This document shows positions 51,057-61,263 of a stretch of 64,000 nt of DNA, one piece after another. The first letter of the stretch is position 1; every line of letters begins with the position of its first letter. The DNA lies in assembly GCA_024762335.1 (NCBI GenBank), contig JANTHO010000003.1, positions 1,115 to 65,114 on the forward strand, read 5' to 3'. This stretch comes from Acidimicrobiia bacterium. Lineage in GTDB: Bacteria; Actinomycetota; Acidimicrobiia; Spongiisociales; UBA5794. The notes beneath the pieces were generated by a model. The model saw only the letters and a list, made by a program, of their open reading frames with translations, had not been told where the DNA came from and made no database searches. A program made the position numbers and the translations under genes.

Positions 51057-51941
51057 TCAAGTCTTGAACAGCAGCCGGCCCCGAATGGTCTCTGCCGCGA
51101 ACGATCCAGACCCGATGATCTCACCGTCGGCTTCGACCAACCAGTCGTCCGGGATGGTCACAGATACACTCGTTCCGACCGTACGTCTCACCAACCGATG
51201 ATTCAGATGCCTACCCCGCGTGATTCGTCGGATGATCACAGGGGCATCCTTCCGCGCCCCGGAGATGACCTGGACATCGAACAGACCATCACCGACCGAG
51301 GCTTCCGGGGCAACGTTCATGCCGCCACCGAAATACTGCCCGATGGCGACCACAACGTTCATCGCCGTGGCCTCGATGACACGGCCGTCGCAGTCGATCC
51401 GAAGATCTCCGGGATGGGTGCGCGCGAGAGCGACCCAGAAGCCCGCGAGGTAGCGCCTCGAGCCGAGCAGATTTGGGAATCGCCGGGCTTCGACCACGGT
51501 TCGAGCAGCGATGCCGGCGTTGGCCGCATTCAAGAAGTAGCGGCGACCGAAGTCTCCCACGAGAAGCCCGAGATCCACCGGCTGCCGACCCTCCCCCAGG
51601 AGATGATCCGCTGCCTCCTCGACCCGCCCGGGTATCCCGAACGTTCGTATGTAGTCGCTTCCGCTTCCTCCGGGGAGGATCGCGAGCGTCGGCGGTTTCG
51701 TCCACGCGAGCGCTTGGAGACCGTTGACGACCAGATTCGCCGTACCGTCTCCCCCGACCGCTACGAAACGGTCGTACCCGAGGCTGCGCCCCTCGGCAAC
51801 GATGCCGTCGACCGCCGTCGCGGAGGGTGAGACCCGGATGACATGGTCGAGATCCCTGGCGTTCATCGCACGCTCAACCCTGGCCGCAAGATCCTCGCCA
51901 CGGCCTGCTGTCGGATTGACTACCACCCACCACCGGTTCAT
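51057..51941 (-). CDS. Diacylglycerol kinase family lipid kinase
   Basis: VNPTAG, GGDGT, LPGGSGSD, YFGGG, DGE. Confidence 0.92.
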   Translation of the reverse strand: MNRWWVVVNPTAGRGEDLAARVERAMNARDLDHVIRVSPSATAVDGIVAEGRSLGYDRFVAVGGDGTANLVVNGLQALAWTKPPTLAILPGGSGSDYIRTFGIPGRVEEAADHLLGEGRQPVDLGLLVGDFGRRYFLNAANAGIAARTVVEARRFPNLLGSRRYLAGFWVALARTHPGDLRIDCDGRVIEATAMNVVVAIGQYFGGGMNVAPEASVGDGLFDVQVISGARKDAPVIIRRITRGRHLNHRLVRRTVGTSVSVTIPDDWLVEADGEIIGSGSFAAETIRGRLLFKT

Positions 51942-54478
51942 ACGCGTCCCCCTGCGGCGACAATCCCCCGATCGACTTGTTCAATCGCCACAGCCGCCAC
52001 TCCTCGGATGGATGGGAACGTATCTCGGATCTGCCGGGTGAGATCCAGCAACTGCCGACAATTCCGGACGAAGTCGCCTGCGGAGAACACATCCTCTCCG
52101 AAGATGTCATCGAGAGCCGCCCCGGACGCCCATGCGTACGCGTATGGGGCGAAACCCGGCTCTGGGGGCCCGGTAGCGACAACCCCGCGCCGCTCCTCTA
52201 CCGACGTGAGGTCGTCCCAAGCCGCTTCGATCGCCTCGAACCGTTCGGCAACGACCCCGACGAGCCGGGTCTCCTCCGGGTCGGATCGTCTCGGCTCGAA
52301 TGTGAACATCGACACCGTCGCTGCGAATTCGGCAGGCGAAAGGTCATCGAGGAGTCCACGTTCGATCGCCTCGGTGAGCAGCAGGTCGTGCTCGCTGTAG
52401 ACACTCCGCAGCCGTCTCCCCTTCGCCGAGAGGTGCCAGTGGTCGACGTAGCCGAGTTCCGAGAGCACGCCGAGTCGGGCATTGAAACGGGTCACGATGT
52501 CATCCGCCTGCCGCCTCCGCCGCCGCTCGAGACGACGGAGATCTTTCTCCACACGCCGTGCGCGGGCCAGCGCCGCGAGATGTTCATCGAGCCTGGGGCA
52601 AGACCCGACCGATCCCTCTGCCACGGCCGATTCGTCGACACGTGTCGGCGGCTCGTCCGGCTCCCAGGTCTTCAACAGATCTGCCACCGTCGCACAGTAC
52701 TCGTCGTCCTCCGCGCGGATCGGTACGGGGAGATCGATGCTCCCGAGACGCCGCATCGACGCACCGAACTCCTCCGCCCCGACCTTCCGTCGTTGGGACG
52801 TTGCGGAGAGCAGAAGAAAACGAGGCCGCGCACCGTACCCGCGGACGAGGATCACCCGCGCCTCCCCGTCTCCCAGGTCGACGACGTCGCCGGAATCCAG
52901 GCCGGCGAGGAACGAGCGGATCGCATCAGTCTCCCCACCGGCACCACCGGCCCCGGCTGCGAAGGCCTCGACATCTCCATATTTGCAGGTTGCTTCGTCC
53001 CGGTACCGCTCGGCTTCGCAGCGCCGTTCGGCGATGCGCTCCTCGAGACGACGCGCACGCTCCGCCGCCCGATACTGCGCGAACGAAGCGCGCAGCAGCT
53101 CCTCCGTCCGGGATTTCGGATAGTTCGCGACGAGATTCACCGCCATGTTGTACGAGGGCTCGAATGACGACACCAGTGGGTGGCTTCCCATGCGAGCGAT
53201 CTCGGCGACCTTCTGAAATGGTACGTAGGAGCTGTGGAGCACAGCAGCCGTCCCGCTCTCGTCGATGCCGCGACGGCCCGCTCTGCCGGTCAGCTGCGTG
53301 TAGTCCCCCGGCCGGAGCAACTCATGCGACTCGCCGTTGAACTTGCTGAACGACTCGAGCACAACGGCTCTGGCAGGCATGTTGATTCCGAGAGCGAGGG
53401 TCTCGGTGGCGAACACCAGCTTGAGATGACCTGCGGCGAAGAGTCGCTCGATCGCTTCTTTGAACGCGGGAACCATGCCGGCGTGATGCGCCGCAACCCC
53501 CGATTCGAGCATCGAGAGCCACGACTCGAATCCGAGAACTCCCAGATCGACCGGGTCCAGCCCCCCGGTCGCTTCGGCAACGACCGATCGAATTGCTTCT
53601 CGCTCGGCGGCCGATGTGAGCCGCAACCCGGAGGCGGCAACCGTCGCCGCTGCCTGCTCGCAGCCGGCCCGGGAGAAGATGAAGTAGATCGCCGGGAGCT
53701 TGTCCGCGCCGAGGAGCGCCTCAGCGACCTCCAATCGCCGCGGCGTTCCGAATCTCCGATGACGCCCTCTCCCCTTCCTGAGCAGGTTGAGCACTCGCCT
53801 GTTCGGACGGGTTCCGTTCCGGTCGAAGACCGGGAACCACTCGACCGCGTCCCCGTGGAACCGGTCGCGCACCAGGTACATCGACTCGAGAGGCACCGGT
53901 CGCCGTTCCTCTACGACCAGGTCTGTGGGACCTCGCCTCGATCGCATCCAACCGGTGAACTCCTCGGCGTTCGCGATCGTCGCGGACAGGTTGACGAGCT
54001 GGATGCCCTGGGGAAGATGAATGATCACTTCCTCCCACACCGATCCGCGGTACCGGTCCTGGAGGTAGTGGACCTCGTCGAGGATCACGATGCCGAGATC
54101 GTCGAGCACGGCCGGATCCGCGTAGATCATGTTCCGCAGCACTTCGGTGGTCATCACAACCGTCGGAGCGTCGCCATTGATGCTGTTGTCTCCGGTCAGG
54201 AGGCCCGTGCCGGCGGCCCCGTACCGCCCGACGAAGTCACGGTACTTCTGATTGGAGAGAGCTTTGATCGGGGCCGTATAGAAAGCACGCTTCCCTGCGG
54301 CGAGCGCGATCTCGATCGCGGCTTCAGCGATCAGCGTCTTGCCCGAACCCGTCGGCGCGGTGACAACAACCGATCGTCCCTGCTCGATCGACTGTATGGC
54401 CTGGATCTGGAACAGATCTGGTTCGAACGGCTCGCTCTCGAGGAATCGACGAGCAGGTTCGCCGAGTGTGGAGGTCAT
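51938..54478 (-). CDS. helY: Ski2-like DEAD/DEAH helicase HelY
   Basis: APTGSGKT, PIKALSNQK, DEVH, SAT, HHAGM, GRAGRRG, SAGDFVR (DSHCT); follows tatC. Confidence 0.93.
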   Translation of the reverse strand: MTSTLGEPARRFLESEPFEPDLFQIQAIQSIEQGRSVVVTAPTGSGKTLIAEAAIEIALAAGKRAFYTAPIKALSNQKYRDFVGRYGAAGTGLLTGDNSINGDAPTVVMTTEVLRNMIYADPAVLDDLGIVILDEVHYLQDRYRGSVWEEVIIHLPQGIQLVNLSATIANAEEFTGWMRSRRGPTDLVVEERRPVPLESMYLVRDRFHGDAVEWFPVFDRNGTRPNRRVLNLLRKGRGRHRRFGTPRRLEVAEALLGADKLPAIYFIFSRAGCEQAAATVAASGLRLTSAAEREAIRSVVAEATGGLDPVDLGVLGFESWLSMLESGVAAHHAGMVPAFKEAIERLFAAGHLKLVFATETLALGINMPARAVVLESFSKFNGESHELLRPGDYTQLTGRAGRRGIDESGTAAVLHSSYVPFQKVAEIARMGSHPLVSSFEPSYNMAVNLVANYPKSRTEELLRASFAQYRAAERARRLEERIAERRCEAERYRDEATCKYGDVEAFAAGAGGAGGETDAIRSFLAGLDSGDVVDLGDGEARVILVRGYGARPRFLLLSATSQRRKVGAEEFGASMRRLGSIDLPVPIRAEDDEYCATVADLLKTWEPDEPPTRVDESAVAEGSVGSCPRLDEHLAALARARRVEKDLRRLERRRRRQADDIVTRFNARLGVLSELGYVDHWHLSAKGRRLRSVYSEHDLLLTEAIERGLLDDLSPAEFAATVSMFTFEPRRSDPEETRLVGVVAERFEAIEAAWDDLTSVEERRGVVATGPPEPGFAPYAYAWASGAALDDIFGEDVFSAGDFVRNCRQLLDLTRQIRDTFPSIRGVAAVAIEQVDRGIVAAGGRV

Positions 54479-55191
54479 TTCCTGAGGATCCAGCGTACGG
54501 CGAGGATCGCGAGCTCGTAGAGAAGGTACATGGGAACGGCGAGCATCGAGAGTGTGAGCGGGTCCCCGGTCGGTGTGATGATCGCAGCGAAGACGACGAT
54601 TACCAGAACCGCCCAACGGCGTCCTTTGCGGAGTTGGGCGCTGCCGATGGCGCCGACCGCGGCCGCAGCGAAGATGAACACGGGAAACTCGAACGAGATT
54701 CCGAATGCAAGGATGAACCGCATCGCGAACTTGAGGTAGAAATCGGCTCCGATCACCGGTTCGAGTGAGTCGCCACCGAACTCGAGGAGGAAGCCAAGAC
54801 CCCTGGAGAGTGCCCAGTAACCGACGCCGATGCCGATGAGAAAGAGTGTGACAAAGACCGTGACGATCGGTACGGCCCACCGCTTCTCTTTCGAGGTCAA
54901 GGCAGGGGCCACGAATCGCCACAGCTGATACAGCACGATCGGGCTTGCGATGATGAACCCCCCGAACAGGCTCATCCTCATCACCAGCGAGAACGCCTCC
55001 GTCGGGCGGAAGAAGGCGAGGCTCGCGTCCGGGATCGCGATCTCGTACGGTCTCGTCAGTACCTCGAGAATCCAATCGCTCGCGAAAAAGGCCACAATCG
55101 TCCCGAGACCGACGGCGATCAACGACTTGACGATCCGGTTCCGAAGCTCTTCGAGGTGCTCCATGAACGGGACGGCTGCCGGCTGGGTCAC
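54475..55191 (-). CDS. tatC: Twin-arginine translocase subunit TatC
   Basis: EHLEELRNR, YQLWRFVAPAL, FEFP, ITPTGDP, LYE. Confidence 0.96.
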   Translation of the reverse strand: MTQPAAVPFMEHLEELRNRIVKSLIAVGLGTIVAFFASDWILEVLTRPYEIAIPDASLAFFRPTEAFSLVMRMSLFGGFIIASPIVLYQLWRFVAPALTSKEKRWAVPIVTVFVTLFLIGIGVGYWALSRGLGFLLEFGGDSLEPVIGADFYLKFAMRFILAFGISFEFPVFIFAAAAVGAIGSAQLRKGRRWAVLVIVVFAAIITPTGDPLTLSMLAVPMYLLYELAILAVRWILRK

Positions 55192-55559
55192 GACGGGCCC
55201 ACCGGATCATCATCCGATTCCGCGACGTCGTCCGGCCCGACCTCGCCATCGTCATCGTCTTTGGCTTCAGCCGGCCCCTTGGATTCGGGCGTCGTCGGTG
55301 AGGCCTCGGTGCCGAGAGACGTCACCGCTTTCGTGAGATCAGACTTGATGCCGTCGAAATCCTGCTTCACGCTCTTGATCGGCGCGATGGTGGCTTCGTA
55401 GTCGGTGCCGAGCGACTCGGTGAGGCCGGACGAGATGTCCCGCAGCTTTGCCATGAGTTCTCCGGCGCGTCGCGCAAGGTCCGGTAGTCGGCGCGGACCG
55501 AACACGATCAGGATGACGAGAACGATGACCACGATCTCGGAGAACGACAAACTTCCCAT
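55188..55559 (-). CDS. TatA/TatB family translocase subunit
   Basis: SEIVVIVLVILIVFGPRRLP TM plus amphipathic helix; GPxRLP is TatB-like, but the position is usually tatA. Confidence 0.88.
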   Translation of the reverse strand: MGSLSFSEIVVIVLVILIVFGPRRLPDLARRAGELMAKLRDISSGLTESLGTDYEATIAPIKSVKQDFDGIKSDLTKAVTSLGTEASPTTPESKGPAEAKDDDDGEVGPDDVAESDDDPVGPS

Positions 55560-55622
55560 GGGGAAGATGGTAGAACCGGCGGGCGTCGTTCGTCGCCGTT
55601 CCCTCTCGAACCCGAAACCTAT

Positions 55623-55652
55623 GGTGCCCCCGGGATGTCTCCCGGAGGCACC
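55623..55652 (-). terminator. GC-rich hairpin downstream of the Zn-ribbon gene
   Basis: ggtgcccccggga-tgtc-tcccggaggcacc, a 13-bp stem with one non-Watson-Crick position (G-U on the minus strand). Confidence 0.6.
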
Positions 55653-55680
55653 TGCGACCCCTCAGCTCATGCCCGCCCGG

Positions 55681-55980
55681 TCACGAATCTGATGCGACGA
55701 GTTCCTTGAACCATCCATGGCCGTCGAGGGCACGGGAGAAAGCGGCAATCTCGTCTTCCGAGATGGGGCTTGCAGTCGCCACGACGTCGTACCCGACCCC
55801 GGTCGCGAGCAACACACTGACGACTCTCCGGCTCGCCGGACGACGCTGAACGGTTCCGCAGAACGGGCAGCTGAAGCGATAGCGACCTTCATCTGCTCCC
55901 GGGGACAGTTCCAGACCGACGTCGTCGATGGTGAGTTCAACATCTCCGCAGGTGCTGCACGTCGTTCGGATGGTGGTCAT
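55681..55980 (-). CDS. Hypothetical Zn-ribbon protein (99 aa)
   Basis: CSTC and CPFC motifs; GGAG RBS; coding-like composition. Confidence 0.75.
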   Translation of the reverse strand: MTTIRTTCSTCGDVELTIDDVGLELSPGADEGRYRFSCPFCGTVQRRPASRRVVSVLLATGVGYDVVATASPISEDEIAAFSRALDGHGWFKELVASDS

Positions 55981-56061
55981 TGTGATTCGCTCCATTGCCA
56001 GCGTCGAATACAACATCGGCATCCGAGTCCATCACTGAATGACTATTTCCTTCTAGTCACT

Positions 56062-57000
56062 TCACGCGGTGTGGGAGTAGCGCACCAAGATTCTCGATCG
56101 AAGATCGTCGAGCGCGGAACCGACCTCTGCTCCTTCGACGAGCGTGGCGTCGCTCCCCAATCGCAGAAGCAACCGGGCAATGACAAGCGGATCCGAGGCC
56201 GCCATGCGGATCGTGAGACCAGCGCTTCTCCGGCTAACAACCTCGACCGGGTAGTACTCCGCAACCCATTGCGCCGTCGCCCCCAGACGGATCGTTGCAT
56301 GAACGTCATCGTCGCCCGGCATGTACCGCAGGGTTGCTCTTCTCCCCGTCTCTTCCGGCGTGAATTGTTCCCCCGTCGGGGTCGCGGTGCGAATCCGATC
56401 GATCCGAAAGACCCGCTCCGATCCAACGCGCCTGCAGTATCCAGATACGTACCAGTTCCCCAGCGTCGTGAACACCGACCACGGCTCGATGTCGCGGATG
56501 GTGTTCTTCCCCGAAGCGATCGATGTGTGGTCGATACGTACGACCACACCGTCGACTGCGGCGGTTCGCAACACGTCTGCCAGGGGCGGTTCCGGCATGT
56601 CCACGACGACGGAGTCTTCGCCGCCTGGGATAAGCGTCTCTTCGAGCTTGCGTATGGCCCGGTCGAGACTCTCGCCGCCCAGTCCTGCCGACTGCACGCC
56701 TTTCGCTGAAGCGAGGAGCCCAAGCATCTCGGCGGCGGTGAGACGAAGCGGACGGGAGAAGTAGTCGGCCATCTCGACCGTCACCTCATCGTCATCGATC
56801 GTCGCATCCATCAGGTCCCCGGGTCCGTAGCCGGGAAGCCCGCAGACGAAGACGGTGTTCAGATCCTTGGCGAGTTCGGCATGTGTGTACCCGAAGCGAC
56901 GGCACACCTCGTCGACGTGCGCCCCGGGATTGGCGATCACCCATGGAAGCATCGCGAGGACCCGGTTGATCCGTCCTGCCGTCCTCGGAGAGTTCGTCAT
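56062..57000 (-). CDS. pafC: WYL-domain transcriptional regulator PafC
   Basis: RVLAMLPWV, CGLPGYGPGDLMD, RPLRLT, WYV, RVFRIDRI. Confidence 0.93.
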   Translation of the reverse strand: MTNSPRTAGRINRVLAMLPWVIANPGAHVDEVCRRFGYTHAELAKDLNTVFVCGLPGYGPGDLMDATIDDDEVTVEMADYFSRPLRLTAAEMLGLLASAKGVQSAGLGGESLDRAIRKLEETLIPGGEDSVVVDMPEPPLADVLRTAAVDGVVVRIDHTSIASGKNTIRDIEPWSVFTTLGNWYVSGYCRRVGSERVFRIDRIRTATPTGEQFTPEETGRRATLRYMPGDDDVHATIRLGATAQWVAEYYPVEVVSRRSAGLTIRMAASDPLVIARLLLRLGSDATLVEGAEVGSALDDLRSRILVRYSHTA

Positions 57001-57920
57001 GGTCCCTCCACCAGCGCGACGAGCCGCGATCGCAGATCTTCGGGGGTGATGATCTCTGCCCTATCTTCGAATCCGATGAGCCATCCGATGAACGCATCCG
57101 GCGATGCGATCTCGACTTCGGCCAGCATCGATCCGTCCGGATCAGTCGTGACCTTCGCACGGGATCCGAGCTCGCGTCGGGCGATCCATGCCACGTCCGG
57201 GTCGAACAGCACGGTCGCCGTCACGGACTGATCTCCCGCTTCCCACGGTTCCCGGACGACCCAATCGGCCGGGTTGAAATCCACGGGCCGGGTGAAAGCG
57301 CCGTCGCCGGGTTCCTGCACGATGGCCGATGCCCGATCGAGCCTGAATACCTTGACACTGTCACGACCGGTCTCCCGCGCGACGAGGTACCAACGTCCGC
57401 GGCGATGGACGAGCCCGTACGGGCGGACCCGGCGTTGTGTGCCGCGATATTCGAACGAAAGGATTCGGCGCTCTGAGATTGCTTCGAATGTGTCGGCGAC
57501 GGATTCAGCTTGATCTCCGAGATCCGCTCCGAGCTGGGTACCGGCACTGTTCGCCGCGACACCGCCGAGTTTCATCAGCGCTTCTTCACCGTACGAACGA
57601 CCCCCGAGCCCAACGGCCTGCACGGCGAGGGCCAGCGCCACTCGCTCGTCGTCGCTGAGGCCGGGGTCGGTGAGCGAATACCGATCTCCATCGACGGCGT
57701 ACCCGAATTCGACCTCGAAAACGTCGGTGGCTTCACGTTCGATCGGGATTCCGAGATCGCGAAGCAAAGCCTTGTCGCGCTCGAAGGTCCTGTGGAACGC
57801 AGCGTCGCTGTCCCGGTCGTAGCCCGCGACGGTATTCCGGATCTCGCTTGCCGTCACCGGCCGATCGACGGTGAGGAGAAAGGCGAGGAGATTGAGGATC
57901 CGTTCGATGACTCGTTGCAT
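56997..57920 (-). CDS. pafB: WYL-domain transcriptional regulator PafB
   Basis: ERILNL, FERDKALLRDLGIP, RGRWYLV, VFRLDR. Confidence 0.93.
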   Translation of the reverse strand: MQRVIERILNLLAFLLTVDRPVTASEIRNTVAGYDRDSDAAFHRTFERDKALLRDLGIPIEREATDVFEVEFGYAVDGDRYSLTDPGLSDDERVALALAVQAVGLGGRSYGEEALMKLGGVAANSAGTQLGADLGDQAESVADTFEAISERRILSFEYRGTQRRVRPYGLVHRRGRWYLVARETGRDSVKVFRLDRASAIVQEPGDGAFTRPVDFNPADWVVREPWEAGDQSVTATVLFDPDVAWIARRELGSRAKVTTDPDGSMLAEVEIASPDAFIGWLIGFEDRAEIITPEDLRSRLVALVEGP

Positions 57921-57932
57921 GCATCTCGGACG

Positions 57933-59288
57933 CTACAGCGAAGCGATCAGCTTTTCGACCCTTTCGTCGACCGCCCGGAACGGGTCCTTGCACAGGATGG
58001 TGCGTTGCGCCTGGTCGTTGAGTTTCAGATGCACCCAATCGACGGTGAAATCCCTGTTCTTCGCTTTGGCCGCCTTGATGAAGCCACCCCGGAGACGGGC
58101 CCTGGTGGTTGCCGGTGGCTGGGTCATCGCGGTGTCGATCGCGGCGTCCGTCACGACGCGATCCATCATGCCCTTCCGCTCCAGCAGGTAGTACAAGCCT
58201 CGCGACCGGTTCACGTCGTGGTAGGCGAGGTCGAGCAGTGCGATGCGCGGAGATGACATGGCGAGTCCGTGCTTGGCCCCGTACCGTTCGAGGAGATGCA
58301 GTTTCGCCACCCAGTCGACCTCACGCGACAGCGTCATCGGATCCTTCTCGAGGCCGGTGAGCAGATGCTCCCACATGCCGATGGCCCGGTCGATCTCCGG
58401 GGAGAACCCTGTGGTCCGGGCGTACCGCATCGCCCGTTCGAGGAACTCCCATTGCATGTCGAGCGCTGAGAGTTCCCGCCCGTTGGAGAGGCGAATCGGA
58501 CGTTTGCAGGTCGTGTCGATCGCCACCTCGCGAATAGCGCGGATCGGGTTCTCGAGGGTCATGTCGCGGAACACCACGTCGTCTTCCAGCATTTGCAACA
58601 GTGCCGCCGTCGTGCCGACCTTGGCGTACGTCACGTACTCGGACATGTTCGAGTCACCGGCGATCACATGGAGACGCCGATAGTGCTCCGCATCGGCGTG
58701 CGGCTCGTCTCGCGTGTTGATGATCGGGCGACTCCGAGTCGTCGCGGAAGAGCTCCCTTCCCAGATGTGCTCGGCACGCTGGGACATGGAGTAGACGGTC
58801 CCCCGCGGCGTCTCCAGAACCTTTCCCGCCCCTGCGAAGATCTGCCGGCTCACGAAGAACGGTATGAGAGTGTCGATGGTTCGTTGAAAGTTGTCCGAGC
58901 GGCCGACCAGGAAGTTCTCGTGGCATCCGTACGAGTTGCCGGCCGAATCCGTGTTGTTCTTGAAGAGGTAGATGTCTCCGCGGATGCCCTCTTCGACCAA
59001 CCGCCGCTCTGCCGACTCTACGAGGCCCTCGAGGATTCGTTCGCCGGCTTTGTCCTGTGCGATGAGATCGCCGAGCGAGTCGCACTCGGCGGTTGCATAT
59101 TCAGGATGGCTGCCCACGTCGAGGTAGAGCCGAGCCCCGTTCTCGAGAAATACGTTCGACGACCTGCCCCACGATACGACCCGTCGGAACAGGTAGCGGG
59201 CGACCTCATCCGAGGACAGGCGTCGCTGGCCGTGCAGCGTGCACGTGACGCCGTACTCGCTTTCGATGCCGTAGATCCTTCGCTTCAC
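57933..59288 (-). CDS. pafA: Pup-protein ligase
   Basis: [47 protein letters not shown]. Confidence 0.97.
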   Translation of the reverse strand: MKRRIYGIESEYGVTCTLHGQRRLSSDEVARYLFRRVVSWGRSSNVFLENGARLYLDVGSHPEYATAECDSLGDLIAQDKAGERILEGLVESAERRLVEEGIRGDIYLFKNNTDSAGNSYGCHENFLVGRSDNFQRTIDTLIPFFVSRQIFAGAGKVLETPRGTVYSMSQRAEHIWEGSSSATTRSRPIINTRDEPHADAEHYRRLHVIAGDSNMSEYVTYAKVGTTAALLQMLEDDVVFRDMTLENPIRAIREVAIDTTCKRPIRLSNGRELSALDMQWEFLERAMRYARTTGFSPEIDRAIGMWEHLLTGLEKDPMTLSREVDWVAKLHLLERYGAKHGLAMSSPRIALLDLAYHDVNRSRGLYYLLERKGMMDRVVTDAAIDTAMTQPPATTRARLRGGFIKAAKAKNRDFTVDWVHLKLNDQAQRTILCKDPFRAVDERVEKLIASL

Positions 59289-59355
59289 CAGGTCAGCGTA
59301 CCCCGTCGACGGAATCGTCGTCACGGCATCGGCGAACATGTGTCAGAATCGGTCC

Positions 59356-59607
59356 ATGGCACGTCACAGAGATCCGGACCCGAAGAGCGACGATCGGCAT
59401 CTCGGCCCACTGGTCCGGATCGGAGATCCCGGTGAGGCGAATGTCATCGCGGCCATGCTGCGGTCCGCCGGCATCGACGTGAGGATGCACGGAGCATCCT
59501 TCGGTCCATATCCCGTGGGGATCGGTGAACTCGCCGAGGTCGAGATCTGGGTCGATATCGACGACCTCGATGATGCTCGCAGCATTCTGGCGGACTATCA
59601 GGAGTGA
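59356..59607 (+). CDS. DUF2007 (putative signal-transducing) family protein
   Basis: EANVIAAMLRSAGI...VEIWVDIDDLDDARSIL pattern. Confidence 0.75.
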   Translation: MARHRDPDPKSDDRHLGPLVRIGDPGEANVIAAMLRSAGIDVRMHGASFGPYPVGIGELAEVEIWVDIDDLDDARSILADYQE

Positions 59608-59615
59608 CGTCGATC

Positions 59616-60287
59616 TCAGTCGGTTGCCGAGAGGGCGGCGGCGTCGAGCCTCCGGAACGTGCGGCGCCCTTGTGTGCGATCGAGCACAGCCGCTTCCCAC
59701 GCTTCGTCCGGAATCTCCGCTTCGGTGATCGACCCGATCGCGGTGCGGATGACGGCGATCGCCTCATCCAGCGTCATATCGGGCCGGTAGGCGGCACCGA
59801 TCGCTTCGCGCAGTCGCTCTTCTTCGCCGCCGAGCGTTGCGAATCCCTCTTCGTCGCGAAGTGTTCCGTCGTACCGCACGTGGTACAGATGGTTGTCGTC
59901 GTCCCCGAGTTCCGCGACGACGATCTCGACCTCGTACGGCTTGACTTCATGGGTGAAGATCTGGCCGAGCGTCTGCGAGTACGCGTTCGCGAGACCCTTT
60001 CCGGTCACATCGGCCCGTGCATACGCGTAGCCTTTCACATCGGCATAGCGGATCCCGGCGACACGCAGCGTTTCGAACTCGTTGAACCGTCCGACACCGG
60101 CAAATGCGACCCGGTCGTACACCTCGCCGATCTTGTGGAGTGACCGGCTCGGGTTCTCTCCCATCAGCAGAATCCCCCGGTCGTACTCGATCACGGCGAT
60201 GGGCCTGCCGCGCTGGATCCCCTTCCTCGCGAACTCGGCACGATCCTTGATGAGTTGCTCGGGCGGAACGTAGAACGGGGCCGTCAC
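59616..60287 (-). CDS. prcA: 20S proteasome alpha subunit
   Basis: PFYVPPEQLIKDRAEFARKGI, ENPSRSLHK, KPYEVE. Confidence 0.96.
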   Translation of the reverse strand: MTAPFYVPPEQLIKDRAEFARKGIQRGRPIAVIEYDRGILLMGENPSRSLHKIGEVYDRVAFAGVGRFNEFETLRVAGIRYADVKGYAYARADVTGKGLANAYSQTLGQIFTHEVKPYEVEIVVAELGDDDNHLYHVRYDGTLRDEEGFATLGGEEERLREAIGAAYRPDMTLDEAIAVIRTAIGSITEAEIPDEAWEAAVLDRTQGRRTFRRLDAAALSATD

Positions 60288-61072
60288 GGGCGGGCCTCCA
60301 TCACCTCGGCGGCCACAGGAGCGATTTCCGTGTCCGGAACTTCACGATATCCGGCACCGGTCACCATCACGAGGTTCGGGTAGATGCCGCGCCTGGGGTC
60401 GGGGCCGCCGGTGGCGGAATCCTCTTCGGAGGCTGCGACGAGCGCTTCGACGGCCATCCGAATCGCCGCCCCCTCATCGAGTCCCTCACTCCAGGCCGAC
60501 TTGAGGAACGCTCTGGCCTCTGCACCACCGGATCCGGTCGTTGCGTAGTCCTGCTCCTCGTACCGGCCGCCGACGACGTCGTAGCTGTAGAGCTTGCCGA
60601 CCTGTTCACGATCGTCGAATCCGCAGAAGAGCGGCACAACGACAAGGCCCTGAAAAGCCAACGGAAGGTTGCCGCGCACCATGCGAGCCAGGTAATTCGC
60701 TTTGCCGTCGAGGCTGAGGCGCGTCCCTTCGATCTTCTCATAGTGTTCGAGTTCCGTCTGGAAGAGTTTCGTGAGCTCGGTCGCCATGCCAGCCGTTCCG
60801 GAGATCGCGACGGCGGATCGGTCGTCCGCCGGATAGACCTTCCTGATCCGTCGGTGAGCGATGACGTTGCCAGCAGTGGCGCGCCGATCACCTGCCATGA
60901 GTACGCCGTCGGCCCATCTCAGTGCGAGAATGGTTGTCGCCTCCGGGATATCCATGCCCCCCGAGGGAACGTCCCAGGTCGGCGTCATCCCGTGCTGTTC
61001 GAGAACCGAGACGAAACTCGCCTCCGGAACGATCGGGGGTTCATTTGACGGAAGCCGCTTCGAGATATTCAC
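60284..61072 (-). CDS. prcB: 20S proteasome beta subunit
   Basis: Propeptide then TTILAL, GDRRAT, TGSG, DSATGG. Confidence 0.96.
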   Translation of the reverse strand: MNISKRLPSNEPPIVPEASFVSVLEQHGMTPTWDVPSGGMDIPEATTILALRWADGVLMAGDRRATAGNVIAHRRIRKVYPADDRSAVAISGTAGMATELTKLFQTELEHYEKIEGTRLSLDGKANYLARMVRGNLPLAFQGLVVVPLFCGFDDREQVGKLYSYDVVGGRYEEQDYATTGSGGAEARAFLKSAWSEGLDEGAAIRMAVEALVAASEEDSATGGPDPRRGIYPNLVMVTGAGYREVPDTEIAPVAAEVMEARP

Positions 61073-61263
61073 TCGCCGCCCTTCTGGACGTAGTTCTTCA
61101 CGAACTCCTCCGCGTTCTCTTCGAGCACGGAGTCGATTTCCTCGAGAAGATCGTCGATCCGCTCGGTGATCTCTGCATCCGCTGCAGCCGGAGCGACGTC
61201 CTGCTCGGTCGATGCGTCGCCTCGTCGTTCCGAAGAGCTTCGTTCACGTTTCTGTTCAGCCAT
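61069..61263 (-). CDS. pup: Prokaryotic ubiquitin-like protein Pup
   Basis: DDLLEEIDSVLEENAEEFVKNYVQKGGE. Confidence 0.97.
   Translation of the reverse strand: MAEQKRERSSSERRGDASTEQDVAPAAADAEITERIDDLLEEIDSVLEENAEEFVKNYVQKGGE

Noticed and set aside
51938-55255. Apparent 1105-aa helicase, and similar long N-terminal extensions on der, pyrG, DUF512, maf and the carboxyltransferase
   Set aside because: The extensions overlap neighbouring genes and are low-complexity; the true starts are internal, mostly at ATGA/GTGA overlaps or after RBS/-10 signals.
56062-57920. WYL proteins as markers of a defence island
   Set aside because: They are the canonical pafB/pafC pair following pafA.
59332-59346. 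LexA-box-like CGAACATGTGTCAG (also a half-site near 13097-13105)
   Set aside because: Only one GAAC half matches GAAC-N4-GTTC, which is too weak to call.
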